DNA from: Candidatus Marinacidobacterales bacterium
GTDB lineage: Bacteria; Acidobacteriota; Vicinamibacteria; Marinacidobacterales; DATDRI01
DNA: 64,000 bases
Direction of reading: 5' to 3'
Assembly (NCBI GenBank): GCA_965219415.1
Contig: OZ244742.1
Span: 1,952,001 to 2,016,000, forward strand
In this document: positions 40,580 through 51,297 of the stretch, one piece after another
Numbering within the stretch: the first letter of the stretch is position 1
Layout of the letters: each line of letters begins with the position of its first letter
Position numbers and translations under genes: made by a program
The notes under the pieces: generated by a model
Told to the model about the DNA's origin: nothing
What the model saw: only the letters and a program-made list of their open reading frames with translations
The model's database searches: none

Positions 40580-43338
40580 GGGTCTACGCGGATTCGTGTG
40601 GGTTGGAAACTGCATTTCTGGGTAATGGCGGAAGGAAAGTCGCCACGATCTTCAGCTTGAGATATTCCTCGTCGCGATAGCCGTAGGCGCGTCGTTGCAG
40701 AACACGGATTTTGTTGTTGACCCCTTCAACTAGGCCGAGACTGACTTTGTTCTCCGGATGACAGTAGGAGGCGATACCATCCCAATGGGACTCAATCATA
40801 CCGGCGAACTTCTGGTACGGATGCAGGCGTTGCCATTTGAGGCTGTCTTTCCAACGAGTGAAAAAGGCGCGAGCGCCGCGTTCGGTGCGGTAACCCCAGA
40901 GTTGCCCGAAGGCCTCCTTCAAAATATAGGCGGTGTTCAGGCGCCGGTTGGCCTGGAGCAACTTTTTGAGTGCGCGGCGACCGTCTAGGCTCAGGTTCTC
41001 CCGCCGGGAAAGCAAAGTGTAACGCTGCCCCTTGATGTACGACCGGTCCTTGCCGCTGAGGCGTTTGTACTCACCGCGCCGGACCTCATCGAGGGCCTTT
41101 GACAGATGACGCATGATATGAAACTTGTCGGAGATGATCCGCGCATTAGGCGCGTTGTGAATCACCGAGTTCCGGAAGGGCTTCCACATATCCATGGCGG
41201 CCAGCTTGATACGGGCGCTTTTCTTTCCGCCCAGCGCCTTGAAGAACAAATCGATGTCGGTTTCTTTGCGACCCTCACCGCCCACCCAGATGGGACGCGC
41301 CCGCTCCAGGTCGCTGACAATGACGCGATAGTTATGTCCCTTGCGGATGGAGATCTCATCGACACCGATGGCCCGAGGCGCCGGTAGCCCCGCCCGGTCG
41401 ACCTGCTCTTGCATGTAGAGCGTATCCAGAGCCTTCACCGTACCGTGGTGCAGACGTTCCATCTCGGCCACCGCCTTGTTCGGCATATCCCGGCACAGCT
41501 TGCCCACATGCGTCGCAAAACGCTGGGTGTAGCGCGAGTTGTTCGCCAGCCAGTCTAGGTGTTCTACATGCACACCGCCGCACCCAGAACAGTTGACGCG
41601 CCAACGCTCGTATTCCAGATAGATCCGCCAGCCTGCCAACGACAGGTCGCGGACCCGGCACACTTGCTTGTCATAGCGCCCCCGGCACCGTTGCCCACAG
41701 TAAGAGCACACAGCTGTTTTTTTCGCCTCTTGAGCTGGATGACACGGGCGTATCGGTCACCGAATAGACCCTTCAATCCGGCACCAACCACGAAACCTGG
41801 CAGCGCAAACAGCGAGCGGATCGACTGGGAATTTTTCACTCGGTTAGCCTATCCTAAAAATGGACCACTTTTCAGCACCTGATGAAGTACTCGATACCTT
41901 TTCCACACAATGAGTTACACTGTTTTTCCGTCAGAACTTACCCACACGAAGTCGGGATCCGTCCCGCTTCCCGTGGAAATAAGAATGGCGTAACCTCCGG
42001 TTAAGCAAAACGAAACCGCGCCTGGAAAGGCAGGAGGAGGATTACGCCATGAAGAAGCCTACCACCATATTGAAGGAGTCTGTAAGCGAGTACCGGGAGT
42101 TCGTCCAACTTCGGCTGCGTATGCGGGTACTGGAGGCGATCGAGGTTGTGCTCGAGGAAGAAGTCGACCAAGCGCTGGGGTGTTGTAGCTACGAGCGTGC
42201 GAAAGACCGCCGTGGATATCGCAACGGAGCCGAAACCCGTCGCGTGACGACGTCGGTGGGAACTCGCGAGCTCCGGGTGCCACGAGCCCGCGTGCGAGAC
42301 GAGGAAACGGGAGAAACGACAGAGTTCAGGAGCGATCTGTTGCCCCGGTACGCGCGCCGGACTCGTGAGGTCGACGAGGCGCTCTTGGGGACGTACTTGT
42401 CGGGCGCGAATAGCCGCCGGGTCCGCAAAGCGCTGAAACCACTGCTCGGTGAGGAGCACCTATCGAAGAGCGCGGTGTCTCGCGTGGTTAGCCGGCTGAA
42501 GGAGCGCTTCGAGGAATGGCAGAACCGTGCTCTCAGCGAGGAGGTCTACGCGATCGTTTACCTGGACGGCTTCCACCTGAAAGTGCGGATGGCGAAACGT
42601 GTGATCAGCGTACCCGTACTGGCCGCGCTCGGGGTCGCGCCAGACGGGCACAAACGTCTGTTGTCATTGCGTCTGGCGGTGAGCGAAGCCTCGACGCATT
42701 GGGGCTCCGTACTGGAGGGACTCCAGGCTCGAGGACTCCGGGCTCCCAAGCTAGTGATCAGCGACGGCCACAAGGGGCTGACGAAAGCGCTGGAGAAGTG
42801 GCCGGGGTGCCGGTTGCAGCGATGTACCGAGCACAAGCGCGCCAACTTGCTCCAACATTGCCCGGCGCACGCACGCCGTGAGCTCCGGCGTGACTACAAC
42901 CGGATCGTCTACGCCAAGAACGGGTTCGATGCTCGCAAAGCCTATGACGAGCTCGTCGCCAAGTGGACGCCTCTCGCGCCGGCCGTCGTCCGAAGCCTAG
43001 AGGAGGCCGGTAATCAGCTGCTGACCTTCTACGAATTCCCTCGTGCCATGTGGAAATCGTTTCGAACGACCAAAGCTCTGGAGAATCTCAACCGCGAGTT
43101 TCGACGCCGGACGAAAACCCAAGCGTCGTTCTCCAGCGAGGAGTCCGCGGTCGCTTTGCTGTTTGGGCTTATCGCCTCTGGCCAGATTCAACTACGACGC
43201 ATCGACGGCTACCAACGTCTGAGCGAGGTTCTCGAACACGCGAAGGTTGCCGCCTGATATGACACTCTGATGACGGGAGTGGAGGGTGCCGTTCTTTTTC
43301 CACGGACCTCGGGACACATCCCGAATCCGCGTAAACCC
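40580..43338 (-). mobile_element. ISL3 family element (transposase 40584-41839, A7 frameshift site) with IS256 nested in its IR
   Basis: IR GGGTCTACGCGGATTCGTGTGGGT vs split ACCCACACGAA..TCCGCGTAAACCC; flanks AGACTTCA/AGGCTTCA; GVDE, AMDMW, DKFH, EGVNNKI. Confidence 0.9.
41955..43321 (+). mobile_element. IS256 family element, copy 2 (intact 402-aa transposase 42049-43257)
   Basis: nearly identical to 29343-30711; flanks CGAAGTCG/CGAATCCG. Confidence 0.93.
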
Positions 43339-43359
43339 AGGCTTCATACTATAGCTCCG

Positions 43360-44046
43360 CTAGGCCAAGGTCTTGCGCGCCTTTCGAAACACGCGGTGAA
43401 ACATCGCTCGGGTGAGCTTTCCGGTGAACGTGTTTTGTTGGCTCGGATGGTAGCTTCCGAGGAGCAAGATCCCACCTTCCAGCGTGGTTGCGCTACCGTG
43501 ACCGAACTGCGGCCTCGGCTTCATCGCCGGGTGTCCCGCCTCTTGCCAAGCAGCGAGAAACGCGTCGAAACCAATTCGGCCGAGCGCGATGACCACCCGC
43601 ACTCGTGTGAGCAGAGCGAGCTCCGCGACCAGATAGGGCCGGCAGCGGATGAACTCTTCTCGCGTAGGCCTGTTGGCCGGAGGAGCACATCGTACCGCCG
43701 CGGAAATGAACGTGTCACGGAGCTCGAGCCCATCGTTCCGTTCGATCGAGCTCGCTTGACTGGCGAAACCGAAACGATGCAAGGCCTCATAGAGCCAGTC
43801 GCCACTTCTATCACCGGTGAACATTCTTCCGGTTCGATTCGCCCCGTGGGCCGCCGGAGCCAGCCCGACAATGAGAAGCCGCGCGCGCGCATCTCCGAAA
43901 CTGGGCACCGGTTTGCCCCAGTAGTCCTGGGTGGCGAAACGGCGCGTCTTGACACGCGCAATGTGCTCACGGTGATCCACCAGTCGGGGGCAGAGTCGGC
44001 AGTCGACGATCCTTCGTTCCACCGTGGCGAGAGATTCTTTCTTCAT
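43360..44046 (-). CDS. uracil-DNA glycosylase (family 5, UDGb-like)
   Basis: CRLCPRL, GLAPAAHGANRTGRMFTGDRSG, YHPSQQNTFTG. Confidence 0.92.
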   Translation of the reverse strand: MKKESLATVERRIVDCRLCPRLVDHREHIARVKTRRFATQDYWGKPVPSFGDARARLLIVGLAPAAHGANRTGRMFTGDRSGDWLYEALHRFGFASQASSIERNDGLELRDTFISAAVRCAPPANRPTREEFIRCRPYLVAELALLTRVRVVIALGRIGFDAFLAAWQEAGHPAMKPRPQFGHGSATTLEGGILLLGSYHPSQQNTFTGKLTRAMFHRVFRKARKTLA

Positions 44047-44122
44047 AGGTCAGCGTTATCTTAGCGCCGGGCAACGACCAGTTGAAGTACGAGGCCATTT
44101 TAGGCGAAGCTGGCCAAAGCAG

Positions 44123-46363
44123 ATGAGCGACTCTTCCGATAGATGGAGCGAAGACGACTCGGCGCTTTACCGAGAGCTCTCTTCCGTCGCCGTTCCCGAA
44201 AGTGTGCCAATCTTAGTTGGGAATTGAAACGGTTCCAAACCCCGTGGTTTGATGGCGTTGGACAAAACAAAATCAAGCCGCGAAGAAAGGAGCCGAGATG
44301 GGAAGTCTGCTACGTTCGGTCAAGAAACGCAAGAAGTCGCGTCGTTTGGGTGAGGTCGAGATGGTGAGGCACGAGGATTACGGGGAACTCGTGCTGGACG
44401 CCAAGGTAGAGATGATCCGTTGGTTGGTCCCCCTTGGTCTAATGCACGTTCACGAGTTGCTCGACGACGAAGTGAAGGCGTTGGCGGGAGAGCGATACTC
44501 TCGCAAGGACGAGCTGGAGCGCGGTCGCCGTCCCGGAAGCAACCCGGGCACGGTAGGGCTTGGCGGCCAGCGGGTACCGATCCGTGTGCCACGGGTTCGG
44601 AGCATCGAGGGAGGAGAGATTCCGCTTCGCTGCTACGAGGCGGTGAGCCACGGCGGTGAGGTGAATGATCTTCTGCTGAAACGAGTTCTCTACGGAATCT
44701 CTTGTCGCAACTACGAGGCGGCAGCGGAAGCGATTCCGGGCGCCATCGGGCTGTCGAGCTCAACGGTGTCCCGAGGGTTCGTGCAAGCGAGCGCTGCGAA
44801 GCTGCGGGAGATGCAGGAACGGGATCTGACCGGCGAGGATGTGGTGGCGCTGTTTCTGGATGGGAAGACATTCGCCGAGGCAACGATGGTCGTGGCTCTG
44901 GCCATCACGCTTTGCGGGGAAAAACGCTTCTTGGGCTTCGTGGAGACGGACACGGAGAACGCGCAGGTGTTGACGCCGTTCCTGCGTTCACTGCTCGAGC
45001 GGGGACTCGATATCTCCCAGGGTCTGCTGGTGATCATCGACGGCGGCAAGGGTCTCCAAGCGGCAGTCAAGAAGGCATTCCGTAAGCGGGCCCTGATACA
45101 ACGCTGCCAGTGGCACAAACGTGAAAACGTAGTGAGCTACCTGTCCAAGGGCGAGCAGGCGTCATGGCGCAAGCGGCTCCAGTGGGCCTACAACAGGCCG
45201 GAGTACGAAGAGGCCCTCACTGCGCTCGAGCAACTCCACGGTGAGTTAGAAGAGCGGAACCAATCCGCAGCTGGCAGCCTGGAGGAAGGCCTCGAGGAGA
45301 CGCTGACGTTGCATCGACTCGGCGTGCACGCGGTGCTGGGCCGTTCGTTCAAGACGACGAACTGCCTTGAGTCCGTCAATGCTCTCGTCGAGGAACGCTG
45401 CGCGAAGGTCGACCACTGGAAGAACTCGAGCCAACGCCAGCGCTGGTTGGCAACGGCGCTCGTAGACATCGAACCGCGCTTGAGGAAGGTGGTGGGCTAC
45501 CGCCATCTTCCCAAGCTTCGCGAAGCTCTCAAGCGGGAACTGAAGATCGAGGCGAAGACGTCAACCGTATCGAAGAAGAAGGTCGCTTAAACGTGAGCCG
45601 TGGAGAGTTTCAACTAAGAATGGGCTTGACTCCCGTTCCCGCACGTGAGGAGCAAATCGCGACGGTCTTGACGCTCTTGCCGTTCACACCCGCAGACAAG
45701 TTCCGTGCGGTGGAGATCGGCTCGGGGTCGGGAACGCTGAGTCATGCGCTGCTCGACTGTTTTCCCGAGGCAACGCTGGTTGCACTCGACGGCTCGGAAA
45801 GCATGCGCTCCCACGCAACGACGCGGCTCAGTTCATTCGGTGACCGGTTTTCGGTCCAAGCGTTCGAGCTCGGCGCCAGCGATTGGCATCCTTCCCTGGA
45901 CTCCGCGGACGCGGTCGTCTCTTCTCTATGCATCCATCACCTTTCCGGAGAAGACAAGCGGCGCCTTTACGCAGCAATCTCCCAGCGAATCTCGCCGAGA
46001 GGAGCGCTCGTCATAGCCGACCTCGTGGAGCCTCAACGACCCCAGGGCCGTGAGGTCTTCGCCGCAGGTTGGGACCGCGCCGTGAAGGAAAGTGCCGCTG
46101 GGCGATCTGGAGCGCTCTTCGAGCGCTTCGTGACCGAGGAGTGGAACTACTACCGGTTCCCTGATGCGAGCGATCAACCCTCGTCCCTGATCGACCAGTT
46201 GACATGGCTGAAGCAGGCGGGATTCGAGGTGGTCGATTGCTTCTGGCTCCAGGCTGGCCATGCCATCTTCGGCGGCTACAAGTCCCGCTCCGGCGCCGAC
46301 TCGTCCCTGGAGTTTTCCGCGGCACTCCGCTCCGCTCGAAAGGCCTCCAACAAAACAACTTAA
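44123..46363 (+). pseudogene. class I SAM methyltransferase interrupted by IS256
   Basis: MSDSS..SVAVP joins AREEQ.. in frame across the duplicated CCGTTCCC; VEIGSGSG, SLCIHHL. Confidence 0.85.
44198..45632 (+). mobile_element. second IS256-family type (transposase 44298-45590)
   Basis: FLDGK, IIDGGKGL, QRCQWHK, TTNCLES; TCTTAGTTG/CAACTAAGA IRs; 8-9 bp duplication CCGTTCCC(G). Confidence 0.9.
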
Positions 46364-46366
46364 CCC

Positions 46367-46488
46367 GGGGTCAGATCGGCGCCTGGCCACGTTGATTGGT
46401 AGCACCTCCGTGTCTTGGCGCCCCCACGGCAGGGTCTGGCGCCCCCACGGCAGGGTCGGATCCAAAAATGTGACACGGGTCTGACCCC
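46367..46488. repeat. REP/MITE-like element containing a 21-bp tandem duplication
   Basis: GGGGTCAGA...TCTGACCCC ends; TGGCGCCCCCACGGCAGGGTC x2 at 46416-46457. Confidence 0.55.
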
Positions 46489-46610
46489 GTTTGCGGACGC
46501 CCATTTGCGTTTTCGCCTTCGGCTGCTTAATCTGGTGGCAAGTAATCAGCGCGCCCCAAAGGTCGGGCCTAACCCGCCTGTAACTGCCCTCTTCCGGGAG
46601 AAGAAGTCTC

Positions 46611-48097
46611 GTGGATCTCGTAGGTCAATTATTGGGGTCGTATCGCCTCCAAGCGCTGATCGGTCAAGGCGGCACCGCGGAAGTCTATTCCGCCCAACAC
46701 CCCTCCCTACACCGCCAGGTCGCCATCAAGGTACTGGCTAAGGAAATCAGCGAAGACCCCGACTGGGTGCGTAGATTTCGCCAAGAAGTCAACCCTTCTG
46801 GAACGCCTCGACCATCCGAACATCCTCCCGATCTACGACACCGGAGAGTTCGACGGACGCCCGTTTTTTGTCATGAAGTACATCGAGAACAGCGAGACGT
46901 TGCGCCAGCAACTCGACGGCGCTCCGTGGCCTCTCGACCGGGCGGTCAGGGTACTCCCGCAGGTTGCGGAAGCACTCCATGCGGACCACGAAGCGGGCGT
47001 CGTGCACCGGGACGTCAAACCCTCGAACATCCTAGTGACCCCAGAGCTACAAGTGCCTGGTCTTCGATTTCGGGATTGCGAAACCGATGGAGCGACGGGA
47101 TCCTGTGACCGGAAAGGGCCTCATCATCGGCACGCCGGAGTACATGTCACCCGAGCAGTGCCAGGGAAGCCGAATCGATCACCGTACCGATATCTACTCA
47201 TTGGGTATCTTGGCCTACGAGTTGTTCACCGGCGATGTTCCCTTCACCGGAGAGACCGCGGTGAGCATTCTGATGAGACACGTCACCGAGCCGCTACCCC
47301 CGCCAAGCGAGGAGCTGGCCTTACCGCCGGCTCTCATTCGTGTCATTCGGCGCGCAACGGCTCCGTCCCCCGACGATCGCTATTCATCTGCTCGAGAGAT
47401 GGGCCGGGCCATCCTTCGTGCGGCGGAAGGTTCCCCCACCGTCACGGTCCGCGCGAAGTCACTCGTGGGAACGATGGCGCGGTGGCGAAGACGCGCCCCT
47501 CGGATCAGCGGCCGTGCAGCACTTTTCTTCTTCTCCGCCCTCGCGCTGGGTGTTGTGGGGACGATCGTAGTCGAAAGCCGATTGCCCGCTCCGCCCGAAC
47601 CACCGCCGACGAGACAGACCCCGGCGCAGTCCGGCACCGATCTTTCGGTGAAGCGGACCCACCCTGCGGAAAGTCATCGGCCAGCAGAAAAACCCTTCAT
47701 CCCTCCACGCGAGAATCGGGTCTTCAACAAAAGTACCGAACCGGGCTCGGGCTCGAACGGCCCCACGCGGGAAGCCCAAAGGCAGCGCAGAGCCGGGGTC
47801 GGCGCCCCGGTTTTCGAGTCCACCGCCACAAACACCATCAATTTGGAGCCACCGCGACGATGGCAAGGTTTCCTAACCGACAGCAACTGCGCCGAGAAGG
47901 GGGGGCAGCAAGGCGCGCTACACGTGAGGTGCGCCGAACGCTGCGTTCGCGAAGGCGCGCAACCGATGCTCTACTCTCGCGGAAAACTCTACAAGATTGA
48001 AGGATTCTCGAACATCACCGTCCGCTGTGGAGAACCGTTATCCTTCAAAGGTTGGTTGACTCCCGAAACCAACACCATTATCGCAGCTCCCGATTAG
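46611..48097 (+). CDS. Ser/Thr protein kinase with TM and C-terminal Cys-containing domain (two frameshifts)
   Basis: IGQGG, VAIK, HRDVKPSN, DFG, GTPEYMSPEQ, DIYSLG across three frames. Confidence 0.85.
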
Positions 48098-48103
48098 CCA
48101 CAC

Positions 48104-49340
48104 CTAGAACGCGACCTCCGCCTGCAGCCCGACCAGGTTCGGGCGGCCGCGGTTTCGAAATCCAAGCTCCAACGTCAGTTTGAAGTTGGAGTGGATCCAT
48201 ATCATGCCCCCCGGGAACACACCGACGAAAGTCTCGTTGGGCAATGCCGTTTGGCCGGGCGGCCGGCTAACCAGATCGACCCGGGTAGAGAGATTCAGGA
48301 AATCGCGGACAAAGTAGTTTGCCTGCAGGAATCCCCCGGTGAAGCTGAGAGTTTCGCCGGTTCCATCGGGGCTAGCCGCATCGGCGATGGAGTTGGAGTT
48401 GCTGCCGTACATGAAGACCCCATACAGGTTCCAGTCACCGAAGTAGAAGGAACCGTCTAAACCAAGCCTCAGCAGATCGTCCTCCCAAACAGCCACCTGA
48501 TTCGGGATTTCGCGAGCCAGAGTATTGCCGGCAAGATATGCAAACAGCCCCACCCGGTTCTCGCCGAGATAATGAGCGAAACGACCAAAGGCGGCCGGAT
48601 CGAATCCGTCGCTCTCACCGGCGAATTCCTCCGCGCTCCGGGCGTCGACCACGCTCACCGACCAGTGAGTCTCATCGTCGACGAAGCCGCCGACTTCGGC
48701 TCCGTCGTGATGCTCACCGACGTTATCGACTTCGAACCCGGTGTTAGCCAAATAGATGTCGTATCCGAAAAGGTTGGGCGTCCGGGCCTGCGAGAAGGGG
48801 AGATCGAACTCTATCCTCCCTCCTCGGACGTACAGATCCTCCGGTAGGACATCGACGCGCACCCAGGCGTTGTCCATCCCCACGCTGTGGAATCCATCTC
48901 CATCCACCGCTCAGATGTAATCGACCCAGTATGCGATGTGGGAACCCATGCTGCCGGCGGCGCTTACCACGTCGATGAACCCGTCGGTCGTTGCGTCCCC
49001 ATCCTCGACGAATGTCTGATTCGCCCCGGCCCTCAAACTGACCGGTACCGACTTCAGCCAGTCGTTGACGGTATTCGTTTCGTCCTCCAGCCGGAAGCCC
49101 CGATCACGGAAACGCTGACCGATCGGACTCAACCGGGGGTAGCCGTCGTGACAAAAGTGACAGGGCAAGCCGTATTGACGCGCAAAGGCGGGTATCGCCC
49201 CGACCGGCGGAGCTTCCGACCAAACCAACCGGGATTATGCACTTGAAGCAAATTAATTTGCTTCAAGTGCATAATCCTGAAACCAACAGCGCCAGCAGCA
49301 CCACCCGAAGAATGGTCCAGCGGTTCCTGGTTGGAAGGTT
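48104..49340 (-). pseudogene. outer-membrane beta-barrel protein with N-terminal CxxCH motif, disrupted
   Basis: AIPAFARQYGLPCHFCH..PRL..G..F; terminal Phe; in-frame TGA at 48911-13; palindrome inside the signal peptide; start uncertain. Confidence 0.75.
49230..49279. mobile_element. 50-bp palindromic insertion with 8-bp flanking direct repeats
   Basis: 49232-49277 is a perfect palindrome; AAACCAAC at 49222-29 and 49280-87. Confidence 0.8.
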
Positions 49341-49556
49341 GAGAGCCTCCCCCTCGGAGGCCGCGCTCCGCCCCTGCAATTTTCTCTGTCTATTCACGCG
49401 ATCCTTCTCAAAAGAAGGAAGTTGTCAGGTTAATTTTGACTGGAGATCACGCTACGATTATAGCAGGTCAGGCGCCCGACGCCATCTCGGTCGGGCCATT
49501 TGCAGAGGGAGGCCCACGTAAGACACAATGCCCTCACAGAATAACCGGAGGGTGCC

Positions 49557-49991
49557 ATGAGTTTATTGAAAATCGCGAGTGTACCCGCAGCTACTGTGTC
49601 CCCCCAATCGACGGTCACCGAGGCCGTCCAAATGATGAACGACAAAAGGGTTGGCGCGGTGGCAGTGGTCGATAACGACAAGCTCGTAGGGATATTCACC
49701 GAACGGGACGTCATGATCCGCGTCGTCCTCGCTAGCAAGGATCCCAAGGCAACCGTCATGTCAGACGTCATGACGCGGGAAGTAGAGACCGCGGCGGCAG
49801 ACATGCCGTATGGGGATTGTTTGCGTGTCATGGTAGAGCGACATTTCCGGCACTTGCCGGTCATCGACTCGGGCAACCGCGTTGGCGGGATCCTGTCGGT
49901 GCGGGATCTACTCCAGCACGCGGTCGAGGATCTGAGTGAACAGCTCGATTCGATGGTGAAGTACTTTAGCGCCGACGGCGCGGGAGGCTAA
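49557..49991 (+). CDS. CBS domain protein
   Basis: LVGIFTERD, FRHLPV, GILSVRDL. Confidence 0.92.
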   Translation: MSLLKIASVPAATVSPQSTVTEAVQMMNDKRVGAVAVVDNDKLVGIFTERDVMIRVVLASKDPKATVMSDVMTREVETAAADMPYGDCLRVMVERHFRHLPVIDSGNRVGGILSVRDLLQHAVEDLSEQLDSMVKYFSADGAGG

Positions 49992-50081
49992 CGACGGGAT
50001 AAGCACGATCCGATCGTAGCCTCGCCCCTTCCCCCGTCCCGCCCGTTTGCACGATCGCTTTGCCCAATTGGAGGTGTTCGC

Positions 50082-50504
50082 TTGAAAAGCCACACAACCC
50101 ATCTCACTATGAATGTTCCGGCTCGCATGGACTTCGTCAACATCACAAGAGATGTGGAGAATGCCGTCACGGAGAGCGGCGTTCAGGAAGGTCTGTGCCT
50201 AGTCAACGCCATGCATGTAACGGCGTCGGTCTTCATCAACGACGACGAGCCCGGCCTGCACGAAGATTACAAACGTTGGCTCGAGTGGCTCGCTCCTTTC
50301 GACGCGAGCCCCGAGAAGTACCATCACAACCGTACCGGCGAGGACAACGGCGATGCTCACCACAAGCGTCAGGTCATGGGCAGAGAAGTGGTGGTAGCGA
50401 TCACCGAAGGCAAGCTCGATTTCGGCCCGTGGGAACAGATCTTTTACGGTGAGTTCGACGGCCGCAGACCGAAGCGACTGCTCGTCAAGATCCTTGGCGA
50501 GTGA
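50082..50504 (+). CDS. yjbQ: YjbQ/UPF0047 family protein
   Basis: [30 protein letters not shown]. Confidence 0.92.
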   Translation: MKSHTTHLTMNVPARMDFVNITRDVENAVTESGVQEGLCLVNAMHVTASVFINDDEPGLHEDYKRWLEWLAPFDASPEKYHHNRTGEDNGDAHHKRQVMGREVVVAITEGKLDFGPWEQIFYGEFDGRRPKRLLVKILGE

Positions 50505-50515
50505 GGCGTAAACAC

Positions 50516-50556
50516 AAAGGGCGCACGACCCTCGGCCGTGCGCCCTCTTTTACTTT
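50516..50556 (+). terminator. intrinsic terminator
   Basis: AGGGCGCACG/CGTGCGCCCT stem followed by a T-rich tail. Confidence 0.75.
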
Positions 50557-50577
50557 GTAGTTGGCTGAACCGCTATC

Positions 50578-51168
50578 TCAAGCCTTGCGTAGCTGTTTTA
50601 CCGCCAGCACGACAAGAACCAACGCTAGAATTAAGAGACCTACCATGAGGCCCGGGCTCATGCCGGTCTCCGCAGCCGCCGCTTCAGCAGTTTCAGCCGC
50701 GGACTCTGCCATCTCTCCCGCGGACTCCGCCATCTCTCCGGCGGTTTCAGCCACGGCATCTGCCATCTCCCCGGCCGCTTCCGCGACGTCCTCTGCTGCC
50801 CCGCTCATCGCTTCCGCAGCCGCGGCCGGCGCCTCGGCTACCTCGGCCATGATCTTGTCTATATCTTCCTCGGCGACTGACGTGGCACCGCCCGTGGTGC
50901 GGATCCTCACACCTGTGAGCTGGTGGCCGGGGCGGAGATCGGCCACGGTGATCTCTTGTCCCTCATGTTGGAATTTGAAGTCACTCGGTACGACGAACGT
51001 TTTGACTCCCTCACCTTCGACGCGCACGACGACCGTGTTGTTGAGAACGCGCAACACTTCACCCTTCTTGATCTCGACGACTTCTGTATCCTGCGCTGCG
51101 ATGGTGTGGGTGAAACCCACCACTAGTACAATCGCAACTACCGCAGCGAAACTGGCTGTTTGTTTCGT
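50578..51168 (-). CDS. exported protein with acidic Ala-rich 7-aa repeats and C-terminal anchor
   Basis: signal peptide, AGEMAES-like repeats, C-terminal TM + KQLRKA; ACG where the start is expected. Confidence 0.7.
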   Translation of the reverse strand, partial: TKQTASFAAVVAIVLVVGFTHTIAAQDTEVVEIKKGEVLRVLNNTVVVRVEGEGVKTFVVPSDFKFQHEGQEITVADLRPGHQLTGVRIRTTGGATSVAEEDIDKIMAEVAEAPAAAAEAMSGAAEDVAEAAGEMADAVAETAGEMAESAGEMAESAAETAEAAAAETGMSPGLMVGLLILALVLVVLAVKQLRKA

Positions 51169-51297
51169 CGCTTCCTCCTATAGAAACCCCCGTGTGAATA
51201 TACCAATTGCGACGTCGATGCAAGCGCCAAGGAATCGCGGCTAGGGCAAGGGCTATGCGACTTTCCCCTCAGGGTCTGATGTGCTAGTTTCACCGCG

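Noticed and set aside
29343-43321. Composite transposon of two direct IS256 copies carrying the dehydrogenase genes
   Set aside because: No shared outer duplication; copy 2 has its own duplication inside the ISL3 IR; lipA continues the operon outside the span
46416-46457. Possible CRISPR repeats
   Set aside because: Only two adjacent 21-bp units, no spacers, no cas genes
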